Source of the DNA: Azolla caroliniana
Lineage: Eukaryota > Plantae > Polypodiophyta
Assembly: GCA_043228905.1 (NCBI GenBank)
Contig: JBHGNT010000002.1
Span: 23,312,001 to 23,376,000, forward strand
Length of the DNA stretch: 64,000 nt
Reading direction: 5' to 3'
How positions within the stretch are numbered: the first letter of the stretch is position 1; every line of letters begins with the position of its first letter. The notes beneath the pieces are model-generated. The model did not search any database. It saw only the letters and a list, made by a program, of their open reading frames with translations, and was not told the origin of the DNA. Shown in pieces: positions 54,154 to 64,000 of the stretch. A program made the position numbers and the translations under genes.

Positions 54154-57100
54154 ATGGCGTCCTCAAGCAACCAAGTAGGAGAGCTCGAAAGGATGATGCT
54201 AATCGTCGAGCAAATGATGAGATCTCGGGACAACGACGCGAGCGTGGAGAAGGCTGTCGATCGTGTCGTAGAGCTCGAGGGCCAATTCGATGGAAGGAAT
54301 GTTACGAAGTTCCTTGATGCATATAAGAGGGAGATGAATCAAAGGGACGTGTCCGAGGCATGTCAAATCGCAAGCTTCAAGAGAGTTGTCGCCAACAACA
54401 TCCAAAGTCGCGTCATCGAGCTTCAAGAAGGTAAGACAACATGGTCCGAGTTCGAGAAAACGATACTAGCGGAGTTCGTGACTGAAGACTCAACGAGGAT
54501 GACTCGACATGTGTTACCCCGTACGAGTTGTACGGAGAGTCAAGTGTGATGAGCGAGGGTCGAATATTATCATGATGATGTTGTATATGTGTAGGGAACA
54601 TAAATGTAATTGTGAGTTGATATGTATGTGAACACATGCACACGTGTGTGCATGTGGAGGGATACGATGAGGTGTGAGTGAGTGTCCAGTATGAATGCTC
54701 TATGGAGCTTACACCCCTTTGTAACTACCCCCTCTTGTACTATTTAACCCCTTATGGGGAATGAATGAAGAATGAACCATTTCTCTCCTAATCTCTCTCT
54801 TGTCATCCCTCTTTCTCTCTCTCTCTCCCCCTCAACGTTGAATCCCCTTGGGAGGGGGGTGGAGCCATTCTAGGCACCACCCCCCACCCCGCAATGCTTC
54901 TCTATGCTTCTCTATACGATCTCTCATCATCATGCTCTTCATCATCCTCATCATGACCACCATGTCTATCTTTATCATTCATCATCCTTAACCCTAACCC
55001 TAAAACGAATAACACATTTTGGCGACCACTACGGCGACCCCCCTTTGGAAACGGAGTCAAAGAATGATACGCGGTGATGAAGGCCATAGCGAAGGCCATA
55101 GCGACATATGTGTGCGAGTACAGGAAATGACAATGCGATGAAAGAATTCATGAATGGAACGGTGTTTATGTAAGGTTGCGATTGGTGTCCATGTACGTGT
55201 TTCCGAATGCGGTTAGTGACAATGTGCGTGTTCGAAGCGTGGTGCAAGATGCACGGCTGGACAAACAGCGACGCAAAGAGAACCGGTGCAAGCACGACCG
55301 GTAAGAGAAGCCCACCAGGAGACTGCGGTGGAAAAGATGCAGTGTGTGGAGCGGAGGCCGGCAGGATGTGCTGAGAGTGCACGAGAGATGGTTCCAGACG
55401 AAGCAACGCAGAAAGAGTCGAAACCGGAATCGGAGCAAGAACCAGACTTGGTTCACATCGAATGGCCATAGAAGACGGAGAAGGAGATGCAAAAGCAGAC
55501 CAGACATCGAGGACCAGAGACACCAGAAAGCCACGAGCAAACCCTAGGTCGAATACCGGACGAGACTAACAATGGCGACCATGGGGCAACATTGCCGGAC
55601 AGAAGGCACACAGGCACCGGACAGGGACGATAGGGAAGCCGGTATCACCGGATAGAAGCGGAAGAGCGGTCGACAGCACCAAGATAGATAGAGATGGAGG
55701 TGAAGCCGGAAAAGCTCCGACCGGAGAGCGACCGAAGAGCAGTTGGAGTGGCTGAATGGCGCCGGACCGAGCTACGACCGAAACAATGACAAAGAACAAA
55801 CAGTCGCGGTGGGATATGCGTCCGAATAGAGGCGGCCAATCACAAAGCGATGGTGACAAACAGAGACTGACCGGAATGGGCCGGACAAATGAACAGAATG
55901 TCCGGGACCGAAGGGTCGTTGACATCAATACCAAAAGCGCTACGGAGATAGAGAAATAGACAGACGACCAGACACCGACGGAGACGGAAGAGCGACCTAA
56001 GAGCGGTCGTAGTGGCCGAACGGCGTCGGAATGGAGGTTGCCGGACAAGGACGACAGCAGCGGTCGGAGATGGCCACGACGGCCAAACAGTGGCCGAGGA
56101 GCGACCGCAGCATCTAGAATAGCCGAACAGTGGTCGGAGTGGCCAGACGGGCTGGACAAAAGAACCGCCAAACAACGGCCGGAATGGGACGACGATCGGA
56201 CAACGGATGGCCGGACAACAACCAGTGGATGAATAGAGAGACAGAGACCTCGGAAGAGCCGACAACCACCACAGGCGCAGACCTAACAGGAGGCCGACGG
56301 GATGCGTCAAAACAAAGGAAGAAATACGAAGAAAATAAGAAGAAACAGAAACAGAGAAGCAAGAAAGCGATAGGCATAAAAGAAGATGGAGAAATAGAAA
56401 GAGGAAGAAGAAAACAGGAAACGACAGGGAGTAGAAGGATGGGAAGCAACGGACAATGGACATAGCCGTGGTGAATGAAGAAGAGAAAGAAGAAGATGAT
56501 GCAGTCTGAGAAACAGAAAGAAGAGACAGAAAGAAGAGAGAGAAAGGCATACACGGAAGAATAAGGAAGAACGGGAAGAAAGAATGAGGAAGAAGAAAGC
56601 AGGCGAGAAAGAAAGAAAGAAGTAGTAATAGAAATGGAAAAGAAGAGGGAAAGAAGAGAAGGAAAGAAGAAAGATGAGAGTATATAAGAAAATTTTAAAA
56701 ATCAAAGGGCACCTATGAAATTTTGAAATCTCATCCACCTAAAGAAATGGACGTGATCGACCATGACAACTCACAAAATCAACAAAGAATAACATACATG
56801 CACACAACATTTTTAAGGACCCGAAAGAGGATACCAAAGTTCGTAAGACGACAGAATGAGAATGTTCGTGTCGCGGAAAAGTCGCTGACCGATGGAGATG
56901 ATCGAGTCAAGCGCTCCGATCGAGGGAGTCGATCGTTGAAAGGACCGATGGAAGTTCCGGTCGAAGAGATATCATCATCAAGGCATGTGGGATCGACGTG
57001 CAACGCACTTTCCCACGGGCGTGCCATATGTGTTACCCCGTACGAGTTGTACGGAGAGTCAAGTGTGATGAGCGAGGGTCGAATATTATCATGATGATGT

Positions 57101-59376
57101 TGTATATGTGTAGGGAACATAAATGTAATTGTGAGTTGATATGTATGTGAACACATGCACACGTGTGTGCATGTGGAGGGATACGATGAGGTGTGAGTGA
57201 GTGTCCAGTATGAATGCTCTATGGAGCTTACACCCCTTTGTAACTACCCCCTCTTGTACTATTTAACCCCTTATGGGGAATGAATGAAGAATGAACCATT
57301 TCTCTCCTAATCTCTCTCTTGTCATCCCTCTTTCTCTCTCTCTCTCCCCCTCAACGTTGAATCCCCTTGGGAGGGGGGTGGAGCCATTCTAGGCACCACC
57401 CCCCACCCCGCAATGCTTCTCTATGCTTCTCTATACGATCTCTCATCATCATGCTCTTCATCATCCTCATCATGACCACCATGTCTATCTTTATCATTCA
57501 TCATCCTTAACCCTAACCCTAAAACGAATAACAACATGCCCTGATGAAGTGGATAGAGAAGAAGAATAAGAAGATGAGCGTCTCGAGGGTGTACGACGAA
57601 TTCGACCAGATGTTTAGTCGTCTCCCTAATACGGACCAAGTGTTGCTTGAAGAGGACAAGACTTTATACTTCTTGAAGGCCGTGGACATAAAGGATAGAC
57701 GGGAGTTGGGGACTCTTCTCGAAGATGATACCCAAGCAAATGGGCTCGTAGCGGACTGGATCGCGGTGAAGCGGGCATGCAATAGGCTCGACAAGCGTCA
57801 CCAATGGGTTGATGACATCGACTTGACGGGATCGACTACCACGGAGAAAGCAAGACCGCCGAAAGTAGCTGAGCCGCCAAGACAAAGTAACGTGGAAGAA
57901 AAGAAGATTGATGACGACATCATTGAAGAGCTAGCGAAGAAGTTCGAGAAGGTCACTCTAGCCAACATGAATCGTCGGGGCCCTAAAGGAAAAGAACCCT
58001 TTAGATGCGTGTGGTGCGATAGCATGGACCACATGAGAAGGGATTGTGCGAGCCTTCGAGAGGCGATTCGACAAAATATCGTATACATAGAGGACAACAT
58101 GATCTGCTCAAGCGAGACTAGAAGACCCCTACGGGTGAATTTCGGAAGAGGAGGAATGAAGAGATCTATGGAGGATGCCGATGCGACTCATGTGGATGCG
58201 ATGCACTATGCTGCGTCGGCCGGAATAAGAGTCGGGAAAGACAAGACTGAAGCTGCTAGAGTGGGAGCAAAGTTTTGGACCTCCGTTCTCAAATATGAGA
58301 AGAAGGGAAAAATCACATCGAACGAGGTAGAGCTTGCGGACCGAAGCGTGCAAAGCATAATCGGGTGGTCGGATCCGGTGGACGACAACACCATACTCGC
58401 AGAGGTGATGTGCGACAACCACGAGGTGTTCGTCGAAGAAAAGAGAAAGAGAATAGAAGAGCAAGGGCCATAAAAAAGACATGAAACAAGGAACGCGAAA
58501 AAGAAGGACGATGCAGAGACGAGTCGACCTTTACAAACGGAGGAACGAGAATCAAGCCGAAAAGGGGAGCCGAGCATACGAGTTGAAGAAACGGTTCGGC
58601 CCGTGAAGGTTGGTGTCGAAGACCTCGCTCGGAGGACAAGGACCATACCTACCTATAAGCTAAGGTCGGACATAGAGCAGACGACGGACCTAAAGAAGAT
58701 TCTCGAAGAACGAGTTCTTGATAGCCACGTAACTTTGTCCTTGAGGGAATTGCCTGGCATTACGAAGGAGTTCCATGACACAATCGTGGACCTTGTAAAG
58801 AGAAAGAGACAACAATCAGACGAGGAAGAAGAGAAGCCGCAGAAAGCAAAAACGAATGCCATAACGATGGCAAGAGAAGAAATCGATGAAGATATGGTGG
58901 ACAGCCACTACACTCGACCTCATTGGGCACGAGCGACAACGGAGACGCCGGTGAAGATCGGGGAGAAGAAAGAGACCATCGTAGCCTTGATCGACCACGG
59001 CTCGGAGATCAACCTCATGTCAACCGACTTCTACAAAAAGGGAAGATGACCAATCAATACAAACCACGGATGGAAGATTCGCGTGGCAACAAAGTCTACG
59101 GAGGACTTGTACGGAGCTTGTCCCAATGTCAAAGTCACGATCGGGGATGTGGAGATGGATCAACACTTCTTCGTACAAGAATCGGCGTCGCATCCTGTCA
59201 TCCTAGGGCAACCTTATATCACATCATCTCGGATGGAGACCAAAGTGTTCGATAATGGAGCAGCCTTCGCACGAATAAAGAGTCTTGACAACCAAAGATC
59301 GGTCCAATTCCTAACAGTGCGAGCCAATCATGAAAGGAATCGAGATAGTCTCGGAGGCGAATCCTCGGATTTTTAG
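54154..59376 (+). pseudogene. Gypsy ORF1 gag-protease, split by an insertion and two premature stops
   Basis: Removing 54512-57538 restores ...MTRH-ALMKWIEK; CVWCDSMDHMRRDC knuckle; ALIDHGSEINLM protease; stops ending at 58473 and 59049. Confidence 0.9.
54512..57533 (+). mobile_element. Non-autonomous LTR element (3.0 kb) inserted in gypsy gag
   Basis: 503-bp LTRs 54512-55014 and 57031-57533, no difference seen; TSD ACATG; PBS TGGCGACCAC (tRNA-Arg type); no gag/pol motifs inside. Confidence 0.95.
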
Positions 59377-62300
59377 AGCGGACTATTGAAGCATGGGGCA
59401 CAAATAGTCCGAGCAATCACAAGACCCCACAAGAAAGAAGAGTGCATGGATTGCAAGGAGAAGCAACATGTGTCACACCTAGTGGCGCATGTAAACTAGT
59501 ACTACCCGACAAGAAGCACAAGCACCGGATACAAGAATTCGAGAAGATGCTGAAAGAAGAGAACATAATAGAAGAAGGGGAGTTCGTGACTCATATTATG
59601 GAAGAAGCCTCATTTAACGACACCATCGGCGAAATCGAGGACGTCGTGAACTTGAGCTATCTTCACAACCAATGCGTGATTTCGGTTAACTCCGTCAACA
59701 TGTACGCTATCATCGATGAATACCGTCGTGGCATCTCAATGAAGGAAGCTGACATCAACACGAAATATAAAACGATGGATAAGAAGATCAAGCCAGTTGC
59801 GGTTCCGCTACCGGAAGATAGCTGGCAAAAGATGAAGGAAGTCGCTAACGATCCAAGCTTAAGAGATCCGAAGAAGATAGGTCATGACTTCACCAAAGAG
59901 ACGAAGGGGAAGCTACGAGTTGGAAAGGAGGATTTCCTTCTCCCTGAAGAGGAGTGAATGTTTCGCGATATGCTTGAGAGACATGGGAAGACTTTCGCAT
60001 TCTTCCCACGAGAAATCGGATGCGCCGACCCAAAGGTTATAGAGCCAATGGTGATCTTCACGGTGCCTCATGTGCCTTGGAATTTGAAACCGATACCGGT
60101 TCCGAGAGCACACCTTCCGAAGCTGATCGAGCTCTTAAAGGAGAAGGTGAGTATGGGAATTCTAGAACCGTCGAATGCTCCTTATTCCAATAGGTGGTTC
60201 ACGGTGCCGAAGAAGAATGGATCATTGCGATTCATCCAAGATCTTCAACCCGTCAACAAGGTGACAATTCGAAATGCCGGAATCGGTCCGAGCGTGGACG
60301 AATTTGCCGAAGCGTTTGCGGGCCGGTCCATCTACTCCATTGGCGATCTCTACTCTGGATATGACCAATTCCAATTGGCGATCGACAGTCGGGATATTAC
60401 AACCATGAGGACTCCGATCGGGCTTGTGCGGATGTGTACCTTACCCCAAGGCGCAACGAACTCGGTGGCTCATATGGTGAATGCCATGAATAAAGTCTTG
60501 AAGGATTGCATTCCGGACATCACAATGCCATTCTTGGATGATATTCCGATAAAAGGATGTTCGGATGAGGAGAAAGATGAATCGAAAGATAAGGAAGGTT
60601 GTAGAAAGTTCGTTGCGGATCATATGAAAGATTGCGAGAAGGTGCTTCAAAGGCTCGAAGATGCGGATTTGACATTTTCGGGAGAAAAATCCGCATTCGG
60701 GCAACCAGAGATCTTGGTGGTAGGTCACTTGTGTGGAGCATACGGCCGGAAGCCCTCGCCATCCAAAGTGAACGCAATCCAAGACATGAAAGAAGAATGC
60801 GAAAACCAAACGGAGGTTCGAAGGTTCCTTGGAGCATGCACGTTTTATCATATATGGATTCCTCACTACGCTCATGTCGCCGAACCGTTATATGGACTAC
60901 TAAAGAAAAGAATAAAGTTCGAATGGCGAGACGAGCACACAGAGGCGATGCGAAGATTAAAGAAACTGCTTCTTGAAGCTCTGGCACTAAGGAAGGCCGA
61001 CTATGCCGAAGGGAAACCAATTTACGTGACCGTAGATACGAGCCCAACCGGAATCGGGTGGGTCATCAATCAAGAAGGTGAAGATAATGCGCGATATGCC
61101 GTCCAGTTCGGAGCAAAGGTTCTCAGCGAACGGAAACAAAGATATGCCCAAGTCAAGCGGGAACTTTGGGGTATTGTGTCGACAGTGAAGATAGACAAAG
61201 ATTACCTGATCGGGTCAGAAGTGATAATAGAGACAGATTGTCTCCCAATTCTCGGAATGGTCTCGGGATGTGCGACCCCAGATCTTGCTATGCTAAGGTG
61301 GATCGCCTACATCAAGTCTTTAAACCCAGAGATCCGTCACATCGCAGGGAAGAAGAATGCCATGGTTGACATGCTGTCGAGGGCAAGATTTTCAAATGGA
61401 AGTAACATGGTTTCGGAAGATGAAGATGTCGCCCTCAACTTCTTCAAGATGGCTCGATTATCGGCGGAAGACCAGGACACGCAAACCCTCCACGCCTTCA
61501 ACGAGAACGAGTACGAAGGAGAATGGTTACTCATCGGTAGATTCCTAAGAACATTGACGACAGATGCTTCGTTGACAAAGGAGGAGGCCCTACGAATCCG
61601 AAAGAAAGCTTATCGATACTTCTTGAAGGGAGGATTCCTTTGGCGACACCCAAAAAGAAGGACAGGAATACCACGTCGAGTGGTGGTAAAGAAAGAAGAG
61701 CAAGAGACGCCGATGACCGAATTCCACGAGAGTGCTTGGGCAGGTCATAGAGGAAGGAGGAGGCCCTACAAATCCGAAAGAAAGCTTATCGATACTTCTT
61801 GAAGGGAGGATTCCTTTGGCGACACCCAAAAAGAAGGACAGGAATACCACGTCGAGTGGTGGTAAAGAAAGAAGAGCAAGAGACGCTGATGACCGAATTC
61901 CACGAGAGTGCTTGGGCAGGTCATAGAGGAACATGGGCGACGTTCGAAAAATTGAAGGAGAAGTACTGGTGGCCAAGCATGTACAAAGATGTACTCCATT
62001 TCGTGTCCACATGTGAAACTTGCCAAATATATACAAATATACGTCATCGTGATGAGTTAAAGCCGACATACCCACTCACCATTCACTTCAAATGGATGGT
62101 GGATCTGGTCTCGATGCCAATGGGAGTGGGACAAATGAAGTACTTAGCGCTCGCAAGGGAAGACTTGACAAATCAAGTGGAAGGACGAGCCTTGACAAAT
62201 AAGATGACTTCAGCCGTTTGTAAATTTTTACTTGAAGATGTTGTTTGCCGATATGGATGTGTAGGGAAGATAGTGGCCGATCGAGGGGAGTTGGACGCGC

Positions 62301-63037
62301 ACAAAGCGACGGAGCTCTTCGAAAGACTAGGCGTGAAGCTCTCCCTCACGACTGCCTACAATCCGGAAGCAAATGGGAAGATCGAGCGAGGGCATGGACC
62401 TGTCGTTAAAGCCATCGTACGGGCATGCAACGATCGAGTCGGGAACTGGCCACGACTATTACCCTATGCGTTGTGGGCCGATAGAACGACACATAGCTCG
62501 GTGACAGGGTATATGCCGACGGAGCTTATGTATGGACAAAAGCCGATTATGCCCATCGAAAGGACGATCGCCTCATGGGTAGCGATACCGTGGGAGAACG
62601 AGATGAGCCGGGAAGAGTTATTAGCGGCGCGGATAAGGCAACTTGAAAGAAGACCTGAAGATTTAGAAAAAGCGCGAAAGATGATGAAGGCAGCCCGAGT
62701 AAAGAACAAAGTTCGGTTCGACAACACGCATCGACTTCGTCCCAAGAAGATTGAAGAAAGGGATTGGGTTTTGGTTTACGACAGCACCCTTGACAATAAA
62801 CATAGTACAACAAGGAAGTTCGCAAGAAGATGGTTCGGGCCGTATGTGGTGACAAGTGCCAACGATAATGCCACATACCACCTTGCGGAACTAGACAGAT
62901 CAAGGTTGGCCGTACCCATTGCGGGAAAAAGAGTAAAGCTTTTCAAGAAAAGACAAGACAAGGATCCTGACCTCGATTACCTCGACGATGAACATAATAG
63001 GCCGGATGAAAATGAAGACATGGAGGAATCTAATTGA
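59370..63037 (+). pseudogene. Gypsy ORF2 RT-RNaseH-integrase, with one stop (59955-59957) and a frameshifting 176-bp duplication
   Basis: DLYSGYDQ, PQGATNS, FLDD RT motifs; VDTS RNase H; GHRG..C..C, D,D,E and GPY integrase motifs; duplication 61578-61753 / 61754-61929. Confidence 0.93.
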
Positions 63038-64000
63038 TCATCGTAGCCGAAATCTCACTTCTTCTCTTCTTGGCACGTACCGGAGGACGTGCGGTTTGGT
63101 GGGGGTGGATGTCGTGAAGATTTTCGGCAATAGTGTGAAAATCCCATAAAACGTACGAAATCGAGTATGAATCACGTAATACAATAATTGTGAAGATAAC
63201 ATTTTTAATATCTAAGTACAAAATGATGGAGGTTTCGAATGCACTTTATTACACGAGAAATGGACAACTAAATGTCAAGATATGAGGGTATAAAGTTTGT
63301 GAAAAGAAAAGAGAAAATTGTGAGATATCCCACATAGGCACGACAAATACGGCTCTCATCATATATAAGGTGGAGCAAAAGATATTATCTTTGTGTCTAT
63401 GTGTGGAGCATAGAGAGTTCAAGGTAACTTGAACTAAGAGTGGAGGTGGCTAGCTACTCGTAAAGGGTTTTGGCCAACCAAAACCGGACCGGCGATGGAG
63501 CCGATGATCCGGCGGCAATCCGGCACCGGTATCCGGCGATGGCATCCGGCGAACCGGCGTCCGACGACTAGATAAATAAATATATAAATATATATACATA
63601 TACAAGGAGGGCAAGTATGGATTCGAACCTTACACCTCCAAGTTAGGAGTCAATTGGCTTATCATTAAGCCATGCTATTTAGTTGAAATTATATTTCTAT
63701 CATTGTACTTTTACATGTAAATTCTCATACATGAGAGCTAAAATGAGTGACATGGTTAGCATGCACCACATGTAATACTTAAGCGCCAAATGGCAAACAT
63801 GCAATTTATGCATGTCTTGTACCCTCACATGCATCATATGCATGAGAGCATCTATAAAAGAGGGAAGGGGGAGGAGAAAAAACACGGTTTTTTTTATGAA
63901 AATTAAGAGGAAGAAATTCGTTATCAAATCAATCGTGTAATCTCAACTTCTCTCTTTCCCAATCTATCTTAAGTACTTTCTCGCCAAAGCTTGTATCGAC

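Larger units (their letters stand above)
53123..64000 (+). mobile_element. Ty3/gypsy LTR retrotransposon (non-chromovirus), 3' LTR cut by window end
   Basis: 5' LTR 53123-54086/54092, 3' LTR from 63110; PBS TGGTGAACCCGACGTGAA (54095-54112) complementary to plant tRNA-Trp 3' end; G-rich PPT at 63098-63109. Confidence 0.97.

Noticed and set aside
55029-56738. Overlapping minus-strand ORFs in the non-autonomous LTR element as an env-like gene
   Set aside because: Open in several frames because of base skew; no recognisable motif

Overview
AT-rich plant nuclear DNA; the repeat families and gene type suggest a fern or other seed-free vascular plant (inference). 1-28 kb holds one intact minus-strand MIKC(c) MADS-box gene (7 coding exons, 945 nt CDS, ~314 aa, ~70-aa N-terminal extension, repeat-filled introns) and a tRNA-Arg(CCU) gene with an unusual G3:U70 pair. 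30-41 kb is a 10-copy, near-identical 347-bp tandem array built from a pseudogene exon and interrupted by an intact Ty1/copia element. 41-49 kb is (CA/TA)-rich DNA containing a cargo-bearing hAT-type element and a chimeric cassette of captured RACK1 and nucleobase-ascorbate transporter fragments. 49-64 kb is a five-deep nest of LTR retroelements ending in a Ty3/gypsy element with a tRNA-Trp PBS, a probable -1 frameshift between protease and RT, and a tRNA-like Pol III cassette in both LTRs. All coordinates and comparisons were read by eye; no searches were run.
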